Shown here: positions 42,157 through 55,739 of the stretch, piece after piece
Layout: each line of letters begins with the position of its first letter
Position numbering within the stretch: the first letter of the stretch is position 1
NCBI GenBank assembly: GCA_951406725.2
Contig: OX597816.1
Coordinates: forward strand, 92,876,001-92,940,000
DNA: 64,000 nt
Source: Octopus vulgaris
Taxonomy: Eukaryota
Reading direction: 5' to 3'
Position numbers and translations under genes: made by a program
Notes under the pieces: generated by a model
Told to the model about the DNA's origin: nothing
The model's input: only the letters and a program-made list of their open reading frames with translations
Databases searched by the model: none

Positions 42157-43553
42157 CACACACAATGGCTTTCTTTCACTTTCTGTCTACCAAATCTATT
42201 CATAAGATTTCGGTCATTCTGGGGCTCTAGTAGAAGATATTTGCCTTAGGTACCAAATGGAAGGATTGAGCTTGTAACCATGTGATTAAGAAGCAAATGT
42301 CTTATCACACAACCATAACTGTGTCCAATATTTTTGATATTTTTGCCAATACATTAATTATGAAGCAATTCAATCTACTTACTATGTAAGCATTCTATTC
42401 CTAGAATTAAAAACATAAATGGTGAGAAATGGGTTACCGTTTCCCATCATAAAATGTCTTCTTTGGTATCACAACAATAAAGTGCTTACTAGGTTCTTTG
42501 ATTAGCTGCCTTTTTTCTATATCTTTGTTTTTCTAAGTCCAAAATAATTTGACAATGACTAGTCTCTAGGGAAGTAAATATTTTCTTTCAATCTCTTGCA
42601 ACACTTGAATGTTCTAAGAGGATTGCCTCTGTTTCTCATGCAGTCTTAGAATTTTATTTTCCTTTAATTTTACTTTTCAAAAGCATCCATGTATATTTAA
42701 GCTCCAATAAGTACATGCATGTCAATGCTGTGACATACATATGTTCATATACATAGATGTATGTGTGTATGAGTGTGAGTATGTGTGTGCATGCATGTGT
42801 GTGCATAGAAATACACGCATATATACATTCATACATACCTACATACATATATGTATGTGCATGTATATATATACATACACATATACATATATATGTATAT
42901 GTATGCACACACACACACATATATATATATATTATATGCTACTCTACTGTGAGTGAGCATAAAAATGTATTTATTTAATATGTAGAACAATGCATATTCA
43001 ATATCTCCGTCTATACTTGTGTGTACTGTGCTCTTTATGCATGTGACATACAAAATTGTGTGTGTATTTAAACAATGCTTTCTGGATATAAAGCTGGAAG
43101 GTCTGAGTTGTGGGGAACTTGGAGCCACCCTTTAATTACTACAACTCCTTGGTCCATTCTGATCTGGAAGAATAGTATCTGTCAGGGTCCCATCTAAGGG
43201 TGAAATAAATTTCCTCCAGGTAGAGGAGACTCCCATTAATTTTAACAAAATCATGGAAAACACAGCACTTCTAAGAATAAGTTGCTCTGATATAAAACTT
43301 GAAATCAAAATGGTACCTGTAATCTTGCAATGCTTCTCAATGGAACCTTCCATGGTAAAAAAGTGAGTGGTAGAAGTGTTGTACAAGCGTTTGTCATTTA
43401 AATCCAGTGATGTATGGATGTGTTGCTTTCATTTAATAATCTTTGATCCATTCTGTATTTTATAAAGCAATCAGGCTGAATGTGAGATGACTATCATCTG
43501 ACAAGATGTGGCAATCATCATACATGCATACATATATTTATATTCTGGGTTTA

Positions 43554-43640
<87 letters not shown>

Positions 43641-43854
43641 TTATCTATCTATCTATCTCAGTACACTCACACACACACATACACACACATGCAGTCATAC
43701 ACACACACACACACACACACACACATGCAGTCATACACGCATACACACACACATATATTCGGTACTTTGCTATACGTACTCATAAATACCTGTTCTCCAC
43801 TGCAGAATTGTTAATGCCACTTCCCTTACAAAAGAGGTTTGGCCTGTAAGACCC

Positions 43855-44065
43855 TGAGCTGGTGGCACATAAAAGCACCCATGTTAGCAACACATAAAAA
43901 GCTTTCATGTCAGTCCAACAAAATAAGCACCCAGCACATTACGAAGGGCATTCAGTTGTAGAAACCAAGCCAACTTGGACTGGTACCTGGTGAAACTCTT
44001 TGGCTGGCCAGCTCTGGTCGAACCATCTAACCTATGCCAGCATGGAAAACAGAAATATGATGATG
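43855..44065 (+). mobile_element. RTE 3' tail fragment
   Basis: ggtggcacataaaagcaccc...atgccagcatggaaaac...gatgatg. Confidence 0.6.
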
Positions 44066-44471
44066 GTGATATATGGTGATCATATGCAATTACAATAAAA
44101 AGAAAGAAATTTGAAGATATGCGATATCAAAGTCATAACTGAAAATTTAAATTGTTTCTCAATTAAATATTTGTCCTTTAAATTCTCTTGTTATCGAATA
44201 TTTTGCTCCTTTACTTTCAGAAGAAACATAAATATATTAAATGATTAAAAGGCTGAATAGTAACGTGTCAGAGTGAAAGAGTGAATATAAAAAGGGTAAG
44301 CAAAAGCATGAATCCATTGTCTGTCAAAATTTGGGTTTTTAATCATTTAGCATAATTATATTGCATTGAAAAACAAAATCAATAATGAAAGAAAATATTT
44401 TAAAAAAACCCTATGTAAATTTAAATTTAAACTTATGTCTATAACAGTATTTTCCTGCAAAAGACTTAATA

Positions 44472-44520
<49 letters not shown>

Positions 44521-44588
44521 ATATGAGCATATATATATATATATATGCATACATACATATATATGAGTATATATATATGCATACATAC

Positions 44589-44647
<59 letters not shown>

Positions 44648-44667
44648 CATACATACATACATATATA

Positions 44668-46257
44668 CAGTTGCGGCCACAATGTTCAGAACGGCATTGT
44701 TTTCGTCAGAAAAGTAAGTATAAGTTTTTATCAAAGTAGTTTTATATTCTATAATTTTCACAAACAATAAATACAAGATTAATTGTTATTGTCTAAGATT
44801 TTGGTGTAATTTGAGAGGATAATACAAAAGTTATGGATGATCTAGTGATTTACTGCAAAACCTATGGCGGCCAAAATGACCAGAATGGTTGAAAAAATAA
44901 CAAAATAATCAAAAATGACAGAGAATACTGGAATTATTTAATATTTAGTGTGAAGCCCTTTAGCTTCAATCACACTCTGACATCTTCGACTGCATGAGGA
45001 AATTAAATTTTCAATTTCTTGCTGGGTGATTTTATTCCATTTTTCCTAAAGGGCATTCCATAATTGCTCAGTTGTTTTAGGATTTCTGGCTTTCGAACGT
45101 TCTCCTAGAATATTCCATACATTTTCAATAGGATTGAGATCTGGGCTTTGAGCAGGCCAATCCATAACAATTACCTTTTCAGCCTTGTGACATGGGGCAT
45201 TGTCCTGCATGAATATGGGTGGTCGCTTAGTTGAATTTCTCAGCACAGGCAAGACATGATCTATTACAAGTTGTTTATAAACTCCTGCATTTACCTTTCC
45301 ATGTAATCGCACCAAAGGGCCCACACCATCTCCAGATATCATTCCCCAAACCATGACACTTCCTCCACCGAATTTAACACTAGTCTTAAGGCATTTAGGC
45401 GACAACTTTTCACCTACTTTTCGACGAACGTACCTTTTCCCATCTGAGCCAAATAACATAAACTTAGATTCATCACTGAAATGCACCGTTTGCCATTTTT
45501 CTTGAGACCACAACACATGTTCAGTTGCAAAGGTAAGACAACACTTTTTATTCTTGGAGCTGATCAGTGGCTACACTGCAGGTGCTCTTGCTTGTAGGTC
45601 ATGTTCAACTAAATGACGAGACACAGTTTTTCGAGATAAAGTTTTCTTCAATACAATGCTCATTTTCCGAGAAACAGCAGCAGCAGTTTTAAATCTGTCC
45701 TTTTTAACCAACTTTACCATAGCACGATCTTCTCTCTTGGTCGTTTTTCTTGGCCTACCTGTAAACCTTCTTGCTTCACACGAACCACAATCATCGTAGA
45801 CCTTAAGAATACCGTGTACAACACCTTTTGACTTGTTAACAATCTTTGCAATAGATCCAATACTTAAATTATCCTTCCTTCGAAGCTTAATAATCTGCTG
45901 ACGGAGTAAGTGGCATTATATTAACAAAGTACACTGCAAATATTCTTACTAATGTTTAGTAAACGAACCGTCACGTAAACAAATTCAAAACATTAGAGTT
46001 CGCCGGTTAAATTACTAAAACACGGAGTAAAAGCAACCGTTCTGATCATTTTGGCCGCCATGGGTTTTGCAGTAAATCACTAAATCATCCATAACTTTTG
46101 TATTATCTTCTCAAATTACACCAAAATCTCAGGCAATAACAAATAATATCATATTTATTGCCTGTGAAAATTATAGAATATAAAACAACTTTCATAAAAA
46201 ATTATATCTACTTTTCTGACGAAAACAATGCCGTTCTGAACATTTTGGCCGCCACTG
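44668..46257 (-). mobile_element. Full-length Tc1-family transposon (1590 bp) with 224-bp IR-DR terminal repeats
   Basis: TA|cagttgcggccacaatgttcagaacgg ... ccgttctgaacattttggccgccactg|TA. TIRs at 44668-44891 and 46034-46257, each carrying outer and inner copies of gcggcca(a/c)aatg..cagaa(c/t)gg. Confidence 0.95.
44938..45914 (-). pseudogene. Tc1 transposase pseudogene
   Basis: HTH region with GRPRKTT, then FSDESKF, VMVWG, MQDNAPCH, WPAQSPDLNPIENVW and C-terminal AKGLHTKY*. In-frame stops near 45572 and 45046; D-E spacing is 25 rather than 34. Confidence 0.92.
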
Positions 46258-46289
46258 TATATATATACTTACATACATATATATATTCT

Positions 46290-48180
46290 GTAAATACATT
46301 TCTTATATTTCACTAGTTTTAATTATTCTGACGAAGCATAAAATTCAAGTAAACACTTGATGTGTCATAAATAAAATCTACATTTTTAAAACTTTAAATG
46401 TCTTTGGGGACCATTTTCCTTTTTGATTGTGGTGTTCACTTATTCTTCAAACCCCATACGCAGCAAGTAAACTTAGCAGCTTCATCGATGTACCAGAATG
46501 AAGGGAGGTGTTTAGCATAATGTTTTTTGAAATCGCCTTCACATAGCCTGCTGTAATTTTTTTTTATTTCAGTTAGGTTATCTTGAAACGTTGCCGTGAC
46601 TACTGCCTCATATACAATGACATTTATCATACATACAGCTGTATGATATTTCAAACAAACATCTGTTGAAAATCTTTCTGTATTCATTATTTACTGGGAA
46701 ATGCTTATCTAAAAGAGACAGGAATTTTGTGTCTACGTTAGTTTTAATATTTAGAGAAAAAGTGAGGGCGGATCATATTATGATCCTAGGTCTATTTTCT
46801 GATGGTGATCCACATTTTTACTTTAAAGGTTGTAATGTACCTTTTCTTTGAAGCGGCTGTTAGCAAAAGCATTGTTATAGTAGGGGACTGCCTTATCGAA
46901 TATTTCTTTAGAAGATGTTAGCTATCAGGCTCCTAAGCACTATCATAGGTAGTAAGAGGACTGTTTGTGTATGTAGGAGAGTTTCTATTTTAGTTTATAG
47001 TATGATTTGTAAGAGTGGGAGTTTAGATCTAGGGAAACATATAAAAAATCGACTTTTGATAGATTAGTAGTAACAATGATTTTATGGCCTAATTAACTAA
47101 GGATGTCAATGAGTTCTTTCCTAAATTTATCGATAGTGTGACCATCGCAGCCATGAAATATTCCCAACCCATCTTCCTGGTGTATATCGATATCGTAGGG
47201 TGGGAATTCGGACATCAACGTATTTAATGTAAAGAAACTTACAAGATTACAGATGTTCACACTGTCATATGATCCCATTGATACATCGAACAATTCACCT
47301 GCATAAGATTTTTTAACCCCTACTAAGTCCTTACTAAATTGAAGTGTTTTTCTCACATGTATGATAAAGTCCAGCTCTATGTGGTCTATATTAACATATA
47401 TTTTCACGAACTCTGTTGCCTTATCAAGCAGCGATTTTGATATCGAGTGATAACAACTAGAATATCAAACTGTATAAATCTAGTCCTTTGCTTATCCTTG
47501 AAATTCTTCAACCAGTCGATTACAGTACTGCTATTATCCCATTGCTGTAGAATAGCAGAATCTCTAATTCTGATGTTAATATTCCTCAGGTTTTTTTTTT
47601 TTTTTCTTGTAGTGAACTGATTTCAATCCTCACAGTTATCAGTCTACAAGTGGGTTTATTACTGAAATTAGGTTTGTGATATTTCAGAGTGATGACAGCT
47701 CCTCTTTCTGCTAAGCTTTCTAATCTATCATCAATGTTATTACGTTTAAAGAGGAATTTAGCTTCATCATTAGTATCATTGTATCTATGTTAGCTTTCTT
47801 ATATTTAGTGTAAATAATGTCATTCAGTAACTTATCATATAGATCATTAGTGATTTCATACAGCTTGTTGGTCTGATAAAAAGTATGAACATCTTTTCAG
47901 AGCTTCTAAAGTTTCTAATATAAGATTTTAGCTTGAATTGAATTTACAGAATTGGTAACTAAATCAATGAGGTCTGCCCCAAAAGGGGTTAAATCTTTTA
48001 TCTTGAGAGGGTATTTAAGTGTCTTTTATTCATAACACTCTGAAGTAGTGGAAGATAGTATAGCATCAAAAACTAAGGCCATCCATCTCATCCATTTTAT
48101 GAGGTCAACTTTCTCAAGAAGCATCCTGTGGATAGGTATTTTGGTGGTGCATGTATATTCTTAGCAGAGTAATCCATGTG
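46290..48180 (-). mobile_element. Penelope-like retroelement, degenerate RT plus C-terminal GIY-YIG ORF
   Basis: N-terminal MDYSAKNI...LIKWMRW; RT FDVSMGSYDSVNICNLV..., DIHQEDGL (about GLYRDDGL); endonuclease region VIVYEAVV...KNYSRLCEGDFKKHYAKH. Confidence 0.85.
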
Positions 48181-48800
48181 GTATAAATCGATAATAGTGT
48201 GCGAATTGGTGGAATCCTTAGAGTCACTCAACTTAACATAGCAATAATGCCAAACATGTATATAATAAATTTGCAGTAGAAAACAATGTGTTAGAGGTAT
48301 ATAGTTTACTGTTCTGTTAAGGTATGATCAAGAAAAATAGTACTCAATTCAGTAAGTGATAAATACAGTATAAAAATATGAGTTGCTAATAGCTTCTTGC
48401 TTTGGAGACAAGGGCTAAGGCAGGTTTTTATAATATGCCTTATGTTTGTAAGCAATATTCTGGCCTAGTTGCTGTAGAATAATTCAACGGGTGGGGTCCA
48501 AGGTCTGCGAGACAGCTGCTCAATTCAGAAAGGGTGTTGTCCTCCACTTTGCCAAAAGAAATTTGTCCATGTGCTTGCATTTACTGAAAATTTTGGATCT
48601 GGAATTCAAGATAACCCGATCAAAAGGAAAAATTACATCGGGTTATGTGAAGGTAATTTCAAAAGATGTTATGCAAACCACCTATCTTCTTTCTGGCACA
48701 TAAACAAAGCGACTAAGTTTTCTAGCCCCGTGTGGGGGCTGGAAGATCAACTGCACACCACATACAATCAAGCAGAGAATTGTAAAGAAATATTTTCATA
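48181..48800. mobile_element. Upstream pseudo-LTR (minus, ~48600-48181) and inverted 5' segment (plus, ~48607-48800) of the PLE
   Basis: Minus 48600-48525 encodes an ORF end, SKIFSKCKHMDKFLLAK. Plus 48607-48800 encodes KNYIGLCEGNFKRCYANH, homologous to 46436-46590 in the opposite orientation. Confidence 0.7.
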
Positions 48801-49477
48801 AGTCCCAAGGTTTTCTAGTAACTGAAAAATTATTGAGAATGTGTATCATATGCTAGGACGCCAGGAAAATATTTCATCTGAGTCACGTGTGATGCACACG
48901 ATGAGGGAAGAGTTAATAACTATGGCATATTTTAAATAGAGCTATTGCAGTTGATTCAGTTATTGTAATCTTTGCATATTACAGCTGGCAATATCTCTCA
49001 ATAAAATCCTGAGGTATATTTCAGTAATGATACATTTTTCCTAGAAAAATTCTTGCTTGCCAACATTGTAAGCCATTCTAAGTAATTTCATAAAAATTGG
49101 TATTTTATGAGCCAAGAGGAGTAATTTCCCTTGCTAATGTAACTAGATGTGAATTAGGATACTTTCCTGATATCATAATACCCTAGTAATTTTTGGGGTC
49201 TGCAATGGCTCAGATCACATGATCAGCCTCAACCAATAACAACAGATGTTACTGGTGTTCTGTGGAAATATCACCTCTTGCATTCATTCACAAAACTGCC
49301 TGACTGATCATGCATTTACTTCACATGTGTGTGAAACTCCAGTAATAGTGTAAATCATTAACTGTTAACTTACACATAAAGATACACAGACACACACATA
49401 TATATATATATATACAGACACACATACATACATTTATAAATACATAACTACACACACACACACACATGCATATATAC

Positions 49478-49508
<31 letters not shown>

Positions 49509-49851
49509 TCATCATTATCATATGTGTGTATGTGTGTGTGTGGTGTCTGTACATGTGTGTGTGTGTTTGTATATGTATATAAGCACCTATTTTACTTCTT
49601 CTATAGTTACCAAGACAGAACCATTTTTTTGTCATTCTTCATTTATCTTCTATTGTCTTTCACTTCCTTAGTCAGATGTAGTTTTCTTACTTGCTTTCGA
49701 ACCTTTACTTTCGATGCCTTTTTTTTAAAATTCAGCTTCTCTATTTGCTTCCTTCAGTTTTGCTTTTATTACTTTGTATTTTGTTTGTCTCTTTTCTTAT
49801 TGTTTCCTTCCTTCCTTTTGTATTGTAATTTGTACCAGTCAAGCTCTCTTT

Positions 49852-49923
<72 letters not shown>

Positions 49924-50442
49924 CATACATACATACATATATACATAAATGCATACATACAAGCATACATACATATGTGTGTGTACATATATATATGTAT
50001 ATATTGCTTTTGTTATTTGTTTTTTTCTTTTTTGGCAAGTCCTTAACAGCCTAATTGCATCACAGAAATATCTTTTCAATGCTTTTCAATGAGATGATTT
50101 ATAACATTTAATATTTCTCTGCTGAAGAACAGTTTCAGTTTTATTTCTGTTTTTATTATTTTTCATTGTCTTTCTGTTTTTTTAATATATTTCCTTGTTG
50201 CTGTTCTTGTTTTGGCTCCACTTCTCTCTCCATCCATTTCCTTCTCTTGCTTTTCTTCTTCTTTCCACCCCACCCACCCTCAACAGTATCTCCCTTTCCT
50301 GCCTCTTGTTCTCATTTTTATTCCCTCCATTTACATAACTCTCTTTCTCATAAATTTTCTTTCCCATTTTCTGCTTTCTTCACTTTCCACACATTTCACC
50401 TTTCAACTCTTGCCTGGTTTGTTTTTTATTCTAACCCTCATT

Positions 50443-50499
<57 letters not shown>

Positions 50500-51951
50500 A
50501 CACACATATGCTCTCTCACACTCCCTATTTATCTCTTTCTCACTCTCTCTTTTTGCTTCTCTCACTCTATCTCATTATGTCTCTCTCTCTCCCTCTCTCT
50601 ATTTGTCCCTTATTCTTTTCTAGTAGTTCTTCTGTTTGGCCAGTTTTCTTTAGCTTATATCTCAACAACATTTTCCTCTTCTGTATTCTCTCCATCTTGT
50701 TTTATCCACTCTCAGTATATTTCTCAGTTTATTTATCAAACAGATTTTTCATCATGTTCAATATAGCCTTCCCTCTCTTCTGATTGCCTTCCATTATTCA
50801 GCTGGAGAAGACTAAGCCTCCTTTAGGGATAAAAGCAAAAGTTTTTCCTTTCAGTAATATCATATCAAGTGATATTTCTCCCAGAATAAAAGCATAACTG
50901 TAGTTAAAATAGCAATAACAAGAACAATATTTCTGGTGTAATATCAACCCATGGATTCTTTCATACACATCCGCTACATGTTACTTAAATCAAATTGCAT
51001 TTGAATGTAAAGTAAGAAAGATACAAATATCCAACAATTCCAAATACATTTTTATTCTTTGAAATTCCATTTACCACAATAGGCAATAACTGTATATGTA
51101 TATGTGCGTGTATACATATATATATTTATATATATTTATATATCATATATATATATATCATATATTTATCATATATATGTATATATATATATATCATATA
51201 TATGTGTATATATATATGTATGTATATATATGTATATATATGTATATATATATCATATATATGTATGTATGTATATATATATGTATATATATACATATAT
51301 ATATATATATAGATATAGATATATATATATATCATATATATGTATGTGGGTAGGTAAGTAGGTATGGATGGATGGATTGATGGATGTATTGATTGTCACA
51401 TTTCTATCAATGTAATGAATACATTTCTGTACAATTATCATAAGTTTTAAACTTCAATAATATACAAAGCTTATTATTTCTAAAATATTTTTTTTTATTT
51501 CCTAAAAGGATTTTTTTTCTTAGGATGAAGTAATTTATTCTAAAGAATATCTATAAATAGTAGCAGGGTTTTTTTTTTTCTACATCAAACATTAAAGAAC
51601 GTTGTAAGAAGTGGCGTACATATATTCTGATGAATCCACATATATACATATGCTTGAAATGTATAAAAGAAAGTGGGCAGCTATATGACTCCCTAATGAG
51701 GAATTTACAACACCAGTACCCATAATTCACATCCAGCTTGATATTTATAATTACTGGATCAAAAGGCTTATCAGAATTTAGTGGGTAAATTTATGCTAGA
51801 TTATCTGCATTTTTCCTCTTTTACAAACTTCAAAGAAGTGATACAGCTGAGAAATTAAACGAATGCAAGAGAGAAAGACCATGCAAAATATATTAGAAAC
51901 ACAAGATGTTCTCATTTGCTATTGCCATCTTTCTGCTTTTAGTATTCATGT

Positions 51952-51994
<43 letters not shown>

Positions 51995-52844
51995 AAAGCA
52001 CCTTGTTGCAAAAGAAATGTTTAATCAAAATGAACAAAATGTTCCCAACATTTGTCTCACTGTCTCTGTTTGTCTGTCTGTTTCTCTCTCTTTCAAACAC
52101 ACAAACACACACACACACATACACAAACACATGCATACATATATGTATGCACAAATGTGTGTACAAAGGTATTTACAAACACAATGAGTATCCTACAGTT
52201 TCCATTTACCAAATTTGCTCACATGAAGTTTGTTTGTCATGGGGCTACAGTGGAAGTCACTTTATCAAGCTGCTGTACAGAGAAACACAGACCTTGGACC
52301 CATGGAGTTGGCAAGTGAACTTTTTAACATATATAAAACATGCTTACATATGTTTTCTTTTCTCCAGACAATCAAGCTGTTTTTCTCTTAATGACAGTTC
52401 AATTTTAGAGAATTCTTGATTCCTGAAGATATCTCCCATACTAATTTGGAGTTGTTCAAAAATACCATCAATTAATTATTTTACCACCATTGACAGCAGA
52501 GATAATTTCAATAAATTAAGATTAATAATGAATAATACTATTTACATATCCTCAAAAATTAGAGTGGAGTTTAGAGGAAAGATGTATAACACCAGGTCTG
52601 TCACAATCAAATGAAGAACTTAATCAACAAAGCATAGCCTTCATTGTTCTTGACAATGCAGTAATGAGAGAATTGCTAAGTAAATGTACAGGACTACATA
52701 CTGTGAGATTAAATAATTCAGAAACATCATTATTTCCAGTTAAGTTGTTATTGCACTCTGTACTAAATAAGTTAATAGTAACATAACGTAGTTATTGTTT
52801 ACTAAGCTAAAATGTGTGTATGTGTTTATAATTCATTAATTCAT

Positions 52845-54420
52845 TTTACTCCGTATAGAGCATAAGGCATTAGCAAAGAATTTCTGTCCGTCTTGATCTT
52901 TGGCAACGGATTGTAGTATTCCTCAGATGAAACTATTTGCCAGTACTTCAGTTTCTGTGGACGTTTTCCATGTTAGCTTTGGTCCCTCGTGCTTGTTCTC
53001 CCTTGAGAAGTCCACTGGAGAGTGTTGCTTGTAACAAATTTCCTAAGGTTGTTTCCAAGCCAACACCACTTCATTCTTTTAATCTGAGTTTTGTTAGGTT
53101 TTGATAAGTTAATGTTTCACAAAGCTTTCTTTGTGAGTCTCTCGTACTATCTTAGCTCAAGGATGTCCCGGAGATATCAATTCATAAATGTTTTGAGCTT
53201 GTCGATGGGGAAATTTTATGACTTGCTCTATTTCACACATGTACAGCAGAATCGATTTCACATTCGCATTAAAGAGTTTTGCGTTTGTGATTTCTCCGTT
53301 GGTTTGAGCGACCTGAAGACAGTTGTAGCTTTCCCAATTCCTATTTACATGTCCTGATCTGTTCCACCCTCCTTACTGACGACGCTTACCATGTATATGA
53401 AATGAACGACATCTTCAATTTCCTCACCTCTGACTGAAGTTCACGTCGTTGATTGCGTGCTCTCTCATGCTTTGTGTTTTCACAATGTTGATCTTGAGGT
53501 CAACCTTCATGGATAGTACGCTCGTTGTTGTGACCTCCTTCTGTCAATGTGGTGCTGGAAGAGAAGAGCAACGTCATCAGCGAAGTCGATTTCTTCCAGA
53601 TGGTTGGAGAAGAACAACTGAATTCTTCTGGCTTGAACATTGTTTCTTTCATCATCCATCAATTGCCATTAGGAAAAGAAAGGGAAATAGCAGACATCAT
53701 TTGTCTCACCCCCGTTAAGATAGTGAATAGCTGTGTCACACTCCATCGTGTACAGTTTGGCACATTAGTCGTTCATAAATAGCTCTGAGCAAAGTAATGT
53801 TCTTTTAGGGAATACCAGACTGTCAAATGCCTTTTCATAATCGACGAATGTCATGTACAAAGAGTTGTTCAATTCCGTTGACTGTTCGATTAGTATTCGA
53901 CTGATTACTGCAAGGTATCTTCCATCTGAATCCAGCTTGTTCATCTTGTAGAAGTTTGTTCACCTCATCGTTCAAGCTTTCAAGAAGTACCCGATTAAAC
54001 ATTTTTAAATGGATAGGTTGTGGAGCCATCTAATGTGACTCGACTCAGAAGGCTGTAATATTATGGCAGGAACACAGTATAAATAAATACATGGAACAAG
54101 GCGGTAACTTTAAATATCTTTAATGTGGCCAGACGTATATATACAAGGAGAATGATAAATGGAAATAGTTTGATGCGTGGAGGTCATGGTCTTTTCCTGT
54201 GGGTTGTCTCCTGACTGCTAGCTGGCGTATGTGTGAGAGAGAGACTAGATCACGTCTTTACTGTCCGACGTCTTGGCGAGTAAAGAGGAATAGGTGAGCC
54301 TCTGAAACCTAATGTTGCTTATGCCCTCTGTTGCTCAATTAATTAGGCAGCCACCGTTAGGGGAGGTAACCACGCCTACAGATCTTTCCGGAAGTAGAAA
54401 AAGTGTGATGCTTCTCCAAG
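52845..54420 (-). mobile_element. Degenerate RTE-clade LINE (RT to 3' end), interrupted at ~54000-54380
   Basis: A frameshifted remnant resembling WRGITLLS.PGKI at 54381-54420 joins FNRVLL..L.DEVNKLLQDEQAGFR; a remnant resembling FVDYEKAFDSL follows; (TAA/TGAA)-like tail at about 52830-52850. Confidence 0.8.
54000..54380 (-). mobile_element. LTR-like insertion within the RTE LINE
   Basis: Interrupts the GKI|FNR junction. The minus strand starts TGTAGG, contains attaaa, and ends near ...gtcaca followed by tggctcc (PBS-like). No TSD was found. Confidence 0.4.
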
Positions 54421-54800
54421 TGGTGCAGGGAGACAGAAGAAAGAGAGAAAAGAGAGAGATTTGAAGATAGCTTGACACACAAACAGACCAACAAACAGAT
54501 AAAGAAAATAAGGTTAATTTCGTGCGAACAAAAGAACTACATAGTAAACCAAATCTCCTTCAAATCCTACACTACCTTCTTAGAGAGCAGTTGCTAGATA
54601 ATACAGTCTTACATTTCCTGTAGGGATAAAAAGGAATTATCAGGATTCAAAAAAGACAACGACCAAAGAACGATAACAAAGATAACAACAACAGGGCTAA
54701 TTAGCAAATTACAAGCCCGTACGTATATATGTATGTACGTATGTCATTATTCAGTTGCTAATAGAGAAATATCCGATTTTTTAACCAAGATGTAAGGCTC

Positions 54801-55739
54801 AGTAACGGACGCTTAAGGGAAATTTCTCTCTCTGTTATATATACATAAGTACGGACATAGTAGATAATAGCTAGCCTTCGGCCGCCCTTTTGCACCTTGT
54901 TGTGTACACTACTCTGATTGGTTGGTATTGGCACATTTTGTTTCGTCTATTGCGCGCCAATATGCAACCCAACCAATCGCAGCCGTCCGATAAGGTCACG
55001 TGAGGCAGTCTCTTCTAAACCTCAGTTTGCGCCGACTGTTCACTATAAAACTCTAGCGACACACAGAGTTGACGTCTTTTGGTTCCAGACCTTTTTAGGT
55101 CTAACCACTGACCACAGAGCACACAGCCAGTTCCAGCGACAGCACAACAGCAGCCACATGGAGACGCAGCAACACTCATCCAACAGCATACGGCAGTCAC
55201 TTTCTTCGTCGCCTCCGTCATCTTAACGTCATCAACAACATCTCTCTACGTACACAGCAACCAGCAGCACTCGCACAGGTTCTATCTCCTCACTGTTCGT
55301 GAATTACTTCACCATGGTTAACAACAAACACAACCTGCGAGAACCTTCTGTACCAAGTAACCGGCTCTGCACGACATGTGCCTCAATCGGTTCTGCATTG
55401 CAGCCCAACTTCTTGTTACAGTACTTCAACTATCGTGTACCTTGACTACGAACTGGTATTTATCATCATTGTGTCTGAGACTCATTCAATACTCTGTATT
55501 TTATGCACACACATACACTTTGCACACATGACGGCCTATCTATTATTATGTTTATATGACGCATACACACACATGTTAACATATAAATAAAATCTTTTTC
55601 TTAAACATTCTACTGGTTGTGTCTCTCTTTTCCTTCTGGCACTTGTACTCATTCAAACACTTTGTATTTATTGTAATCGACCGTGTGGTGTAATAAAGGA
55701 GCCATTCTTGTCACCTCTCCTTCGCACGGTCGTTCTACA
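54801..55739 (+). mobile_element. Solo LTR (939 bp) with 4-bp TSD GCTC
   Basis: gctc|agtaacggac...gtcgttctaca|gctc. CCAAT at 54957 and 54973, CACGTG at 54997, TATAAAA at 55044, AATAAA at 55586 and 55692; CpG-rich. Confidence 0.7.

Noticed and set aside
43315-43455. AG/GT-bounded segment on the minus strand as a coding exon
   Set aside because: Stop codons in all three frames.
46327-46350. ctgacga as a hammerhead core
   Set aside because: No stem II-GAAA follows, and it is antisense to the PLE ORF end.
50166-50783. 205-aa hydrophobic ORF
   Set aside because: Low-complexity polypyrimidine and (CA)n DNA that lacks stops by composition.
51627-51665. ctgatga...gaaa as a hammerhead
   Set aside because: Stems I to III cannot be formed convincingly.
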